DNA of 64,000 nucleotides from Clostridiales bacterium UBA1234 (GTDB taxonomy: Bacteria; Bacillota; Clostridia; TANB77; UBA1234), in NCBI GenBank assembly GCA_002308995.1, contig DBWQ01000005.1, forward strand, positions 28,592 to 92,591, in the 5' to 3' direction. A program made the position numbers and the translations under genes. Position 1 is the stretch's first letter, and each line of letters starts with the position of its first letter. Of the stretch, positions 45,537 to 55,523 are shown piece by piece. The notes beneath the pieces were generated by a model. That model made no database searches and was not told the origin of the DNA. It saw only the letters and a list, made by a program, of their open reading frames with translations.

Positions 45537-47666
45537 ATGAATTACATTTCATTTTTCATCCAAAAAATAAAACCATTCTTTCGAATCATCTACTCCCTTT
45601 TAAAGGCTCCTTTATTATTTTTTCTTTTAATAGCTTTATGCTTTTGGTCAGATGGTTATACATTAGAAGATTTTGGAATTGAAGCAACACTAAATCCGAA
45701 TGATTATTGCCACATAACCGATGTAAATTATACAGCCGTGGTGCAAGATACCAATGTTTCCATCACAGAGTATCTTACTTTTGATGTTCATGCCAGTTCA
45801 AAATCCAATCCTTTTAAAGAGCTTTGGCGAGAACTACCAGAAGACATTGTTGATGGTGTAAAGGTAACATATCGTGTGGATTCTGTTTCACAAGTATTAG
45901 AAAATGGCGAAGAAATCCCTTACAAAGAAACTTCCAAAATGTATTGGGAGGATAGTGATTATACAAGGGATGCCACACAGTATTGGCACCATAGTGCCGG
46001 TAGTGGACGTCATCCAGATGACGATGAATCTTTACTAATCTATATTCCTTGGACCTATCGCGATACCCTTACCTTTAAAATTCAATACACCATGTATAAT
46101 GCCTCACTACGATATAATGATTGTGCAGAACTATATCTTAGTCTATTTTCTGGCAAATCTGTTAAATGGCTTAAGTCCTATCAAGCCAAAATTTTGGTAC
46201 CAAATGAGTTAATGCCTACTGACTACTATGCTTATTCCTTTGGGACAAAATATTCTCGCATTCCCTTTACTGAGTCAGACACATTGGTGCCAGGACATCA
46301 TGCGTTTTCTATTCAATTAGATCAAAAAGACCTTAAATTCAATCACCACAACCGATATATAGAGTTTTGTCTACTCGCCTATGGTAAAGATAAACATATT
46401 TTTGCACAATCAGCACCACGAAATCAATATACATTTTATAATGTACTCGACGAATGCATTGCTGAGAACGAAGCCTATAGCAATCAAGTAAGTAGATTTA
46501 GAATGTATCGTCTTCTTTGCCTTGCCATCTGTATTTGTCTTTCACTTTGCATCATTTCTCGTACCAAAAAGAGATATCAAGAAGCGCTCAATAATCCGCA
46601 AATTGCAAAACCAGATAATGAGCCAGAATACTTTAGAGATATTCCAAGTGATTTAGACCCTTATTTTGCTTCTGAACTAGTATTTTTAAAAGATCCTTTT
46701 AATAAAAATAAAGAGAAACAAGAAGAATATGCAGCCATTTTATTAAGTTTGGTTCGCAAAAAATACGTTACTATTACTAAACTAAATACGCTAAGTGATT
46801 GGAAAGATACGAATACTTTAATTCATTTAGAGCCAATCCATTGTGGTGAAGAAAATACTTCATCAAATCTTGTTACTTATCATTCCACAACGGGAGAAAT
46901 CCTTGAGCCTCTTACTACTTCGGAAAGGTTGTACTATGATTTACTATCACGACAAATCTCTTCTCGTATGTCGCAAAGTATTTCTTTGTACTCTTTGCAG
47001 CAAGAAATAGACGAAGACTATGTTTATACCAATAACTTTATAAAAAATATTGAAAAAAAGCCTGCGTTAGAGTGTGGCTTTATGCAAGGATACTTTAGTC
47101 AAATGGATTATGATGCCGAGCAAAAGAAATTTGAGAAATCTGGAAATCTTAGCTTTGTACTTGCCATAATTCTATTAGTTTTTGTAAATGGCTTTTCATA
47201 CTTTACTCCAATGATGCTTAGTTTAGGTGCCTATACTCTTCTTGGCATTACTTTGTTATGGAGATCTGCTTTCCTATCCATGAAAGCCCCTGACTTAGTT
47301 TTCTTTACTCCATTTGGAGCTAATGAACAAGCAAAGTGGCGTGGATTATATAACTTCTTAAATAGCAATACTCTTATGAATGAGAGAGAAGTACACGAAA
47401 TCGCTTTATGGGAAAAGTATTTGATTTATGCAACTGCTTTTGGCATCTCCGAAAAAGTAATCAGTGCCATTAAGCTTCACGTCAATACCTTAGACATAGA
47501 TACCAGTCCTATCTTACATCATCAAAGTTACATACATTCCTCTCATTTCCATTCAACTTCAAGAGGATTTGGTCGTTCTCTTCACACGTCTTCTCGTGGC
47601 GGATTTAGTGGACATGGCTACGGCGGTGGAGGTCGTGGCGGTGGCGGCGGTGGCGGTGGTCACTAA
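45537..47666 (+). CDS. DUF2207-type membrane protein (LemA partner) with a poly-Gly tail
   Basis: GAGGAGG RBS before the ATG at 45537. It pairs divergently with lemA. The C-terminus is SSRGGFSGHGYGGGGRGGGGGGGGH, as is usual for this family. Confidence 0.65.
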   Translation: MNYISFFIQKIKPFFRIIYSLLKAPLLFFLLIALCFWSDGYTLEDFGIEATLNPNDYCHITDVNYTAVVQDTNVSITEYLTFDVHASSKSNPFKELWRELPEDIVDGVKVTYRVDSVSQVLENGEEIPYKETSKMYWEDSDYTRDATQYWHHSAGSGRHPDDDESLLIYIPWTYRDTLTFKIQYTMYNASLRYNDCAELYLSLFSGKSVKWLKSYQAKILVPNELMPTDYYAYSFGTKYSRIPFTESDTLVPGHHAFSIQLDQKDLKFNHHNRYIEFCLLAYGKDKHIFAQSAPRNQYTFYNVLDECIAENEAYSNQVSRFRMYRLLCLAICICLSLCIISRTKKRYQEALNNPQIAKPDNEPEYFRDIPSDLDPYFASELVFLKDPFNKNKEKQEEYAAILLSLVRKKYVTITKLNTLSDWKDTNTLIHLEPIHCGEENTSSNLVTYHSTTGEILEPLTTSERLYYDLLSRQISSRMSQSISLYSLQQEIDEDYVYTNNFIKNIEKKPALECGFMQGYFSQMDYDAEQKKFEKSGNLSFVLAIILLVFVNGFSYFTPMMLSLGAYTLLGITLLWRSAFLSMKAPDLVFFTPFGANEQAKWRGLYNFLNSNTLMNEREVHEIALWEKYLIYATAFGISEKVISAIKLHVNTLDIDTSPILHHQSYIHSSHFHSTSRGFGRSLHTSSRGGFSGHGYGGGGRGGGGGGGGH

Positions 47667-47746
47667 GCCATCTCTCATCGTTTTTGAAATCAAAAGCTGC
47701 CGAATGAGTATATGGTTTTACTCATTTGGCAGCTTTTCTAATATCT

Positions 47747-49198
47747 TTATCTTTCCAATTCAATGATATCTTTTAACTGTACATGATTTAAATCTATGTG
47801 AAGTTTCTGTTCCAACTTCTTTTTAGGAATGGTTTGATATATCGTTTTAGAAATATACTTTTCTGCAAAAGTAATCATTTCATGATAATCCATGATTTCA
47901 TCTGGAAAATAAATACCACCTTGCTCTTGATGCTCAATCATCCAGCAGCATGCTGCCAAAGCAGACATAGAAACAGGTGTAATCGTTGGTGTTTGCCAAT
48001 ACGATGTTTTAAGATGACGATACAAAAAATGCTTCTTAATGCGATTTCCTACCCAAACAGGATGAAATCTTTTTCCGAGAATTAGTACCCCCACATACTC
48101 AGTTCCCCTTTTAATATTTTCTTTATAAATAATTTCTGAAATGGTAGGATATTCAAACCCCTTAATCACCGTATCATTCATAGATGTTGGAGTCTCTTCT
48201 ATTTTTTCTTTTCTAGCTTTCTTTAAAAATTGGATGGCATGTTCACAAGGAGAATATAAAAATACAACGGTCGGTCTGTATAAAATATCATTTTCGTTTT
48301 TCACTTCTAACGATTTGGCAATCGTTATCGTTTCCTCATGCGGCACCATATACCCCTTCATCTTTCCTCGAGGATAATAGGTATTGGCAATGATATCTAG
48401 TGCAATTTTACTAAATTCCAAATACCCATTTTTCTGGTCTACACTTGCCTCTTTTAGAGTAAATGATTTTTCTTCTGTTCCAAGAACGGCTGTTGCCTTG
48501 CTAATCATCTCAAAGAAAAAAGAATCCACTGACCAAGTACTATAGAGTATTCTAGGATTAAATTTTTCTTTGACCACTTGTTCATCATTATCGTTCACGT
48601 GAATTTCACTTATTTCTAATTCCTCTGCAAGAAGATTAAATTGTTTATTTTGCAATAATTGGTGAAGATGTTTATCCTTGGAAAACTGTTTTGTCACAAT
48701 ATACTCTATGCCAGCTTTTACAAAATGAGACACCAACCCAGGATTATTTCCATGTTGAAGGACAATTGGCACTTTATTCACGTCTTTCATATGTTTTAAT
48801 TCTTCACGCAAAGCAATTTTTTTCGTGTTTTCTTCAAAAATACTATACCAATTATCTTCCCAATCTGTTTCGCCTGTATTTAAGTACATCACATTATGGA
48901 GGGCACACCATTTCATAAAATCTTTCGTTCCAACAGAATCTGCAAAGTCAATTAAAAAATCTCCCTCATGTAAATACTTTTCAAAAAGCTTTTGATAATT
49001 ATTCTTCGTTACATTTGCTTCAATAAAATTTCCTAGCTTTCCACCCATTTCTAAAAAAGTCGCATACTCTGTTTGATCGCGAGAAATGACATAGTATTCA
49101 TTGTTATCAAATTGAATCTCATTTGACACCTTTTCAAAAAAACTCTTTCCGACAGCGCCAAAACCGAATTGTACAATTCTATGTTTAAATTCAACCAT
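47747..49198 (-). CDS. hss: Homospermidine synthase (bacterial HSS type)
   Basis: Several blocks align from memory to bacterial HSS: IVQFGFGAVGKS (NAD fold), QHGNNPGLVSHFVK, YSTWSVDSF, MVPHEETITIA, YRPTVVFLYSPCEHAI. Confidence 0.7.
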   Translation of the reverse strand: MVEFKHRIVQFGFGAVGKSFFEKVSNEIQFDNNEYYVISRDQTEYATFLEMGGKLGNFIEANVTKNNYQKLFEKYLHEGDFLIDFADSVGTKDFMKWCALHNVMYLNTGETDWEDNWYSIFEENTKKIALREELKHMKDVNKVPIVLQHGNNPGLVSHFVKAGIEYIVTKQFSKDKHLHQLLQNKQFNLLAEELEISEIHVNDNDEQVVKEKFNPRILYSTWSVDSFFFEMISKATAVLGTEEKSFTLKEASVDQKNGYLEFSKIALDIIANTYYPRGKMKGYMVPHEETITIAKSLEVKNENDILYRPTVVFLYSPCEHAIQFLKKARKEKIEETPTSMNDTVIKGFEYPTISEIIYKENIKRGTEYVGVLILGKRFHPVWVGNRIKKHFLYRHLKTSYWQTPTITPVSMSALAACCWMIEHQEQGGIYFPDEIMDYHEMITFAEKYISKTIYQTIPKKKLEQKLHIDLNHVQLKDIIELER

Positions 49199-49199
49199 T

Positions 49200-49862
49200 T
49201 TATAGTTCTTCCTTTTCTAATCGTTCTTTGAATGTTTTCTTTAAAATAATTTTATGGATTGGTGAAAATCCATCAGTTGTTAAAATCTCAAATCCTTCTT
49301 TTTGAAATTTCAAAAAGATCTTTTTTAAATCTGAATGGATTTCTTCTCCTACCACTAAAATTTTATGAATTCCATTTTGCTTAAAATACTCTATAGAAGG
49401 AATGTCTTGTCCATAAAGATCCCAGCTATTATCAAACATAGATGCTTTGGCTCGATATCGATTCATTCTTGCGCTATCTAGTAAAAAAGCAGGATTTGCC
49501 TTGAGGCTTAAAGGAATAGCTTTTAGTTTTTTCCCTCCATTTATCAGTGCACTTTCTACTAAACAAGTATCTGTTGTACCTAAAGTTCCTTGTTGCACAT
49601 CTACTCCATTAAAAACAGGAATCGGACGATACCCTATTTTGGCTAGTGAAATGCCAAGCTCTATACTTTCTTGTCCCGGTAAGTCTACGAATATTGCCAT
49701 ATCTTCTTGGTATTCTTTCATAAAAATTGCTTTTCGTTCTTGAAATTGAAAAGCAGGTTTTCTTTCGTAGTAATCAATTGCCACAAAAGGAACCGGCCTA
49801 ACCCATGAAGTCCATTTTGCACCTTCTGGAGCATAAATTTGAAATAATTCTTTTCCAATCAT
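49200..49862 (-). CDS. Hypothetical protein between the GspS-like and HSS genes
   Basis: 220-aa ORF, tightly packed (1-nt and 6-nt gaps). No motif recognised. Confidence 0.5.
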   Translation of the reverse strand: MIGKELFQIYAPEGAKWTSWVRPVPFVAIDYYERKPAFQFQERKAIFMKEYQEDMAIFVDLPGQESIELGISLAKIGYRPIPVFNGVDVQQGTLGTTDTCLVESALINGGKKLKAIPLSLKANPAFLLDSARMNRYRAKASMFDNSWDLYGQDIPSIEYFKQNGIHKILVVGEEIHSDLKKIFLKFQKEGFEILTTDGFSPIHKIILKKTFKERLEKEEL

Positions 49863-49868
49863 GCTACT

Positions 49869-51074
49869 CTACCTTTCTACTAAAACAGGAATGTCCGAAG
49901 CATAGGAGTCAATACGTGGATAAGGACTCATTCTAGCATAATAACCTGCATGCTTGCCTTCAATAGTATAAGAACCCAAACAAATATGATATTCCTTACC
50001 ATCTTCTGCTTTTAATGGTTTACTGATGAATTTTTTTTGCATGATGTATGCTTTTGGATGATGCTTGACATCTTTCATAATCTTTTGATATTCATCACCC
50101 TTGCAGGCTTCTTTAATTGTTATTTTTTCTCCTACTCTACCATATACAGGTTTAAAGAGATATCCCTCTTCTAAAATTCCTTTTGTAGCTTCTTTGGTTT
50201 CTGGCAGAAGCATCTTCCACGTTTTCATACTTATTTGTGCGTTTTCTAAATCTTCCCAAACAAAGGGAAATCTTTTGCTTTGTGCATAAATACTAATCGG
50301 ATGATTACATGACATTGTACTCGTATCAAAATAGCCATCCCATTTGCGAGGTTTCATTTGAATAAGCCATTCTAGAGGGGTAAATCTAAAAATCAAATCT
50401 ACTCTTTCTTGGTTGTTTTCTAAAATGCTATATGCTTTTTGATTTTGAAAGCGAATATGATCAGCTGCACCATAAATCACTTTGTATCCGTTTAAACTTA
50501 ATTTGTTTCCCATATACTGCATCACTTGTCTATCATCACTAAAACATGTGCAATGTACCATCATGATAGTAGCAGGCGGTTGTAGCTTTTTAGTAATTTC
50601 TTCTACCATTTTATCTCCAAAAGACGTATATGTAAGTTCAGGCATTTGAATGATTTCTTTAGCAAGTTGTGGTAATAATGAGCTTTCAGCAAAACCACCA
50701 GGAACATCACTATTGACTTCTGTAACCACCCATTTTTCCTCCACACTTGGATGAAAATCATATCTCATGAGCCTGATATTTTGCGTTTTATCATAATGCT
50801 TCATATGCTTTATTTGCTGGCAAATGTGATGTGGAAGAGATAACTTTTTGGCTATTTTTGCATGTTGATTTAAATACTCTTCTGCTCTTCTTGTTTCTTG
50901 GTCTAAGGATTCTGTCAAGTGAATAACTTCTTCATTTTCTTGTTTAGATAATACCAAAACATAGTTTGCTAAGGTGTTACTATCATAAAACTGAGGATCC
51001 CATTTATAACAATCAAACATCGCACTTAAGCGATACTGATAATATTCTTTTTCGGGGATTTTAATAAGTTTCAT
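49869..51074 (-). CDS. Glutathionylspermidine-synthase-family ATP-grasp amidoligase (YgiC/YjfC-like)
   Basis: The family signatures present are YRLSAMFDCYKWDPQF, LMRYDFHPSVEEKWVVTEVNSDVPGGFAESS and FKPVYGRVGEKI. Confidence 0.65.
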   Translation of the reverse strand: MKLIKIPEKEYYQYRLSAMFDCYKWDPQFYDSNTLANYVLVLSKQENEEVIHLTESLDQETRRAEEYLNQHAKIAKKLSLPHHICQQIKHMKHYDKTQNIRLMRYDFHPSVEEKWVVTEVNSDVPGGFAESSLLPQLAKEIIQMPELTYTSFGDKMVEEITKKLQPPATIMMVHCTCFSDDRQVMQYMGNKLSLNGYKVIYGAADHIRFQNQKAYSILENNQERVDLIFRFTPLEWLIQMKPRKWDGYFDTSTMSCNHPISIYAQSKRFPFVWEDLENAQISMKTWKMLLPETKEATKGILEEGYLFKPVYGRVGEKITIKEACKGDEYQKIMKDVKHHPKAYIMQKKFISKPLKAEDGKEYHICLGSYTIEGKHAGYYARMSPYPRIDSYASDIPVLVER

Positions 51075-51171
51075 TCGTCATCCTCCGTGTTCTCTTTTTT
51101 CTAATTTTTTCTTGATTTTTAGTGTATCATAAAAGCAAGTAGTTTGCAATGAACTACTTGCCTTATCCTTT

Positions 51172-51606
51172 TTATAAATACTTGCGAATATCTACCGCTA
51201 ATTTTTCCTCTAAATTAATTAAGCGCTTTGTAATATCTTTGACTCTTTCCTCTGCCGCTTCGTATTCATTGAGATAACGATTTAAGGATTTTACACCCAT
51301 GTTACATCCATCTGTCATTAAGTCACTAATAGTTTCGTCAGATGGATCTACAGTAAGCCTAAAATTGGTTTTAAGCCAAGACATGCTTTTGGCCATCGGA
51401 TTTGGTTCTTTTCCTTTGTCATCGTAATCATTTAGCATTTCTTTGGTTTCTTGTTCTAATTTTTCATGTTCTCTTTTGCAGGTTTCTAATGTTCGTTTGA
51501 ATTCATCATCATAAACATCTGCCATCACATCGTCAATCGAGGTAATCCCCATTTTAATGCCTGCATTACATTCTCTTAATAGTTTTATCGTATCATCTTG
51601 AATCAT
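51172..51606 (-). CDS. Hypothetical helical protein (144 aa)
   Basis: ORF with an RBS. No motif recognised. Confidence 0.45.
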   Translation of the reverse strand: MIQDDTIKLLRECNAGIKMGITSIDDVMADVYDDEFKRTLETCKREHEKLEQETKEMLNDYDDKGKEPNPMAKSMSWLKTNFRLTVDPSDETISDLMTDGCNMGVKSLNRYLNEYEAAEERVKDITKRLINLEEKLAVDIRKYL

Positions 51607-51660
51607 AAAAAAATCTCTCCTTTATTGGTAGTATTGCCAACGAAAGAAGAGATATGTATT

Positions 51661-52014
51661 TTATTGATTTTTTGTTTTTTCATCGTGAATCTTTTTTAAA
51701 ATATCACTGGTGGAAAAACTACTAGTATGAGACGTATTATTCATCTTTTCTTGATTTTGATAATACTTTAAAAGTTTTGCACATTGTTCATCTGTAGACC
51801 AATACGTAATAAATAATGCTGTAAAAATATCTTTTGTTTCTTCCAACGTTTGATTTAGATCCAATGTTTCATATTCAAAATGGCATTCATATTCTCGATC
51901 CATTCGATCTGAAAAATACTGAATCAACTCCTGAGGAATTAGAGTAACCACCTCTGATGGAAGGATACTTAATATTTCAATGATTTCTCTAAAAGCTTTT
52001 CTTTCATTTTCCAT
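51661..52014 (-). CDS. Hypothetical protein (117 aa)
   Basis: ORF only. Confidence 0.4.
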   Translation of the reverse strand: MENERKAFREIIEILSILPSEVVTLIPQELIQYFSDRMDREYECHFEYETLDLNQTLEETKDIFTALFITYWSTDEQCAKLLKYYQNQEKMNNTSHTSSFSTSDILKKIHDEKTKNQ

Positions 52015-52029
52015 AAGGCGACACTCCCT

Positions 52030-52521
52030 TTATCTATCCAATAATTCTTGTGTGTTTTCATCATGTGATTTATTCTGGTGTCCCGGAATTAATGAAGATG
52101 ATACTTCTCTATCTTTTGGTGGGAATCTATTAAAGCATAAGTTCAAATATTTTCCTACCATATTCCAATTTCGCGTCTTCAATAATTCTTGTATTCCCAA
52201 GACTCCATCTTTATCTAAGCCGTGAGGAAATATTTTATCAATTGACTTTGCTCTCATAACAGCAAGATCTGCTTTTAGAATATTGGTTAATGGTTCTTGT
52301 ATTTTATCAGCAATTCTTAATAATGCTTTTTCAAATTCAGGCACCTCATATGTGCTTGGAGTGTTTTTTTCTACACTTGGTGAATGATCTGGTTTCTCTT
52401 CAGTTGGTTCTTGTGGTGCATTTTCTGCATTCAAATAATCTAAAGCAGCCTGAATATCTTGTTTTGAATATTTTTCAAGGTCAGATTCTTTTGAAACATC
52501 ACTATATTTATTCATCTCCAT
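52030..52521 (-). CDS. Hypothetical protein (163 aa)
   Basis: ORF only; likely co-transcribed with 51661-52014. Confidence 0.4.
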   Translation of the reverse strand: MEMNKYSDVSKESDLEKYSKQDIQAALDYLNAENAPQEPTEEKPDHSPSVEKNTPSTYEVPEFEKALLRIADKIQEPLTNILKADLAVMRAKSIDKIFPHGLDKDGVLGIQELLKTRNWNMVGKYLNLCFNRFPPKDREVSSSLIPGHQNKSHDENTQELLDR

Positions 52522-52623
52522 ACTTCCTCACCACCTTCTTTTGAAACGCTTTATATTATATATATTATACCATAAAATGATACTTTTTTCAATAAGAGAT
52601 TCCTGATATATGAATTTTCCTCA

Positions 52624-53523
52624 CTATAGATACTTGCAAATAAATGCATCTATCGTATTCCAATAAAGAGTGTTTTCGATGGTAAATGATTCACTATGTC
52701 TTGCCCCTTTTACCGCTAGTTTTCCTTTTGGGCATTTGGCTGCATCATAGTTTTTTTGAAGCATGTAAAAAGGGACAAAATCATCCTCCGTCCCGTGAAT
52801 GAACAAAGTTGGTGTATTAGATTTAACAAGTGCCTTTGTACTAGAATATTCATTTAAAAAATATCCTGCTCTTATTTTACAGATGAGGCTAGCTAAGTTT
52901 AAAATAGGAAAACTAGGAAGTTTGAATAATCGTTTTAATTGATACGAAAACTCCTTCCAAACTGATGAATAGCCACAATCAGATATAGCAAGTTTCACCT
53001 GCTGTGGCATATTTTCTCCCGTTGCCATCATCACAGTAGAAGCTCCCATTGAAATACCATATAAAATGATTTTGCGTTCCGGATGATTCCTTAAAAGATA
53101 CTGTATCCAATCTGACAAATCAAATCGATCGGGAATTCCCATACCAATATACTTTCCTTCACTCTTTCCATGTCCTCTTAAATCTGGAACTAGCACATGA
53201 TAGCCACGCTTAAAAAACTCCTCCGTAACGTAGCACATTCCTCTTCCATCAATCATATAGCCATGAACAACAATCACCCATACATCAGAATTGGCATTTT
53301 CAAATTCATAGGCATGAAGACGTAAATTATCCTTGGAACTATTTAAATATATATCGTTGTGATTTTTATCAAACCATTCTTCTGCTTGTATTTGAGCAGT
53401 AGTTTTTTCTTTATGAGCACTGGTATCCTTGAACACTTTTGATTTATCTTGTTTAGGATTTAGTCCTAAATTAAATAGATAGTATGCCATTCCAAATAAA
53501 ACAAGTAGTATGATTATAATCAT
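52624..53523 (-). CDS. Alpha/beta hydrolase (membrane-anchored)
   Basis: The nucleophile elbow is GISMGAS, with an HGY oxyanion region and a late D...H (IHGTEDDFV; ARHSES). An N-terminal TM helix is present. Confidence 0.7.
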   Translation of the reverse strand: MIIIILLVLFGMAYYLFNLGLNPKQDKSKVFKDTSAHKEKTTAQIQAEEWFDKNHNDIYLNSSKDNLRLHAYEFENANSDVWVIVVHGYMIDGRGMCYVTEEFFKRGYHVLVPDLRGHGKSEGKYIGMGIPDRFDLSDWIQYLLRNHPERKIILYGISMGASTVMMATGENMPQQVKLAISDCGYSSVWKEFSYQLKRLFKLPSFPILNLASLICKIRAGYFLNEYSSTKALVKSNTPTLFIHGTEDDFVPFYMLQKNYDAAKCPKGKLAVKGARHSESFTIENTLYWNTIDAFICKYL

Positions 53524-53532
53524 TTGATTCTC

Positions 53533-54432
53533 CTATTCTCTCATTCCATTTTCATTCCACGTATCTACCGCAGTAATGTTTTTTTGTTTTTCTCTACCTC
53601 TTTCATCATAATCATCTAAAAAATGATGTACTTCGTTTCCTCTGCGATATGAAATGATGGTATCTAAATTTACTTCTTCTACACTTCGGAAAATATTGAT
53701 ATCCATATTTTTATATGTCTTACGAAGTTCTTTGATGAGTTTTTTGATTTCTTGTCTTTTGGAACCATTTTCATCATAGGTATTCTTTTCAACAATTTTA
53801 CAAGCACAATGAATAAACTCTAGCTTATTTCTTTCTTTCCAGCTTAAGATATCTGCTTCTTTCACCAAATATAGTGGTCGAATCAGTTGCATACCTTCGT
53901 GAAAAGTGCTATATAGTTTTGGCATCATCGTTTGTACTTGTGAACCATAAAACATGCCCATTAAAATGGTTTCCACCACATCATCAAAATGATGTCCAAG
54001 CGCAATTTTATTACACCCAAGTTCTTGCGCCTTTTTATATAAATGGCCTCTTCTCATTCTCGCGCACACATAACATGGATGATCATCAATTCGTTCTACA
54101 TGTTCAAAAATATGAGTTTCAAACATGGTAACTGGAATTTCCATTAGTTCACAATTCTCTAATATTTTTTGTTTGTTAGCTTCATTATACCCAGGATTCA
54201 TGCATAGATATATCACTTCAAAATTACGTTTCCCATGCTTGTATAATTCTTGAAAGCACTTAGCAAGAAGCATGGAGTCTTTTCCACCAGACAAACATAC
54301 CGCAATTTTATCTCCATCTTGAATCATATCATAAGTAGTGATGGCCTCAATAAACTTATTCCATATTTTTTTACGATACGTGGTAATAATGCTTTGCTCA
54401 ATTTGTTGATTCTTTGATAATTCTCTAGGCAT
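53533..54432 (-). CDS. ttcA: PP-loop ATPase, tRNA 2-thiocytidine synthetase TtcA-like
   Basis: The PP-loop is VCLSGGKDS. CYVCARMRRG (CxxC) and HCACK cysteines are also present. Confidence 0.7.
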   Translation of the reverse strand: MPRELSKNQQIEQSIITTYRKKIWNKFIEAITTYDMIQDGDKIAVCLSGGKDSMLLAKCFQELYKHGKRNFEVIYLCMNPGYNEANKQKILENCELMEIPVTMFETHIFEHVERIDDHPCYVCARMRRGHLYKKAQELGCNKIALGHHFDDVVETILMGMFYGSQVQTMMPKLYSTFHEGMQLIRPLYLVKEADILSWKERNKLEFIHCACKIVEKNTYDENGSKRQEIKKLIKELRKTYKNMDINIFRSVEEVNLDTIISYRRGNEVHHFLDDYDERGREKQKNITAVDTWNENGMRE

Positions 54433-54434
54433 AA

Positions 54435-55148
54435 TTATTCTCCCTTAATTAAATCTTTCACAACTTCTCCCGCAATAATTAATCCCGCAACTGATGGCAC
54501 AAAAGAAATGCTACCTGGCACAGGATGATTGGTACTTCCCTTTGTTTCTTCTGTTTCAAAAACTTTTTTCGGTTCTTCTTTTGAATATAAAACCTTCACA
54601 TGTTCAATTCCTCTCGCCTTTAATTCTTTTCGCATCACTTTGGCAAGTGGGCAGACAGAAGTTTTAGCGATATCTGTGATTTCAAACTTGGAAGCATCTA
54701 GTTTATTACCAGTTCCCATACAAGAAATGATTGGAATATTTAATTTTTTTGCAAGTTCAATTAATTGTAGTTTAGAAGTAACTGTATCAATAGCATCTAC
54801 TATATAAGAAACGGTACTATCTATCATGTTTTTGGTATCCTCATTGAAAAAGGTAGGATAAATATCAACCAAAGCCTCTGGATTAATATCTAAAACACGT
54901 TCCTTAGCCACATCAACTTTTTTTCTTCCCACAGTTTTAGTGGTAGCAATTAGTTGTCGATTAATATTCGTTACTGAAACATCATCATGATCTATCAAAA
55001 TAAAATGTCCAATGCCAGCTCTAGCAAGCCCTTCAACTACATAAGAGCCCACACCGCCAATTCCAAATATTGCCACCTTAGCTTGTTTTAATTTATTTAA
55101 AGCTTCTTTTCCAATAAGAAGCTCCGTTCTAGAAAATTCGTTTAGCAT
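54435..55148 (-). CDS. tcdA: tRNA threonylcarbamoyladenosine dehydratase (ThiF/E1-like)
   Basis: KVAIFGIGGVGSYVVEGLARAGIGHFILIDHDDVSVTNINRQ. GAGGGAG precedes the ATG at 55148; the track start at 55223 runs into the repeat element. Confidence 0.75.
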   Translation of the reverse strand: MLNEFSRTELLIGKEALNKLKQAKVAIFGIGGVGSYVVEGLARAGIGHFILIDHDDVSVTNINRQLIATTKTVGRKKVDVAKERVLDINPEALVDIYPTFFNEDTKNMIDSTVSYIVDAIDTVTSKLQLIELAKKLNIPIISCMGTGNKLDASKFEITDIAKTSVCPLAKVMRKELKARGIEHVKVLYSKEEPKKVFETEETKGSTNHPVPGSISFVPSVAGLIIAGEVVKDLIKGE

Positions 55149-55207
55149 CAAAAATCTCCCTCTTTCCTGATTTATCAGCATTATATCACGAAAAGAGGCC
55201 ACCGCAC

Positions 55208-55518
55208 AAGAGGGACGCTCCATTTTGGTCGCTCGTCAAAAATGAATCCATTGTCCCTCAAGGATTTCCGAGGAGGCATTCCGACCAAAAGGGACAGACG
55301 TCAAAAATGCCTACTCTTAGTAGGCTTTCACAATCAGTATAATAGGATAAAATATGGATTAAAATTCGGTCTTAAATCGTCTAGAAAGCCATTTTAAAAT
55401 GTAACAGTGCCAAGACTTTTGGAACGTCTGTCCCTCGTGGCCGCTAAGTGTGTCTGGAAACCGCTGTGAGAGAAGGGCTTAAAAAACGGAGAGCGACCAA
55501 AATGGAGCGTCCCTCTTG
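55208..55518. repeat. 311-bp element bounded by perfect 28-bp terminal inverted repeats (MITE-like or large structured element)
   Basis: CAAGAGGGACGCTCCATTTTGGTCGCTC (55208-55235) is the exact reverse complement of 55491-55518. An inner inverted repeat GGGACAGACGT/ACGTCTGTCCC lies at 55291-55301 and 55425-55435, and a GCCTACT-ctt-AGTAGGC hairpin at 55309-55325. Confidence 0.6.
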
Positions 55519-55523
55519 GTCGG

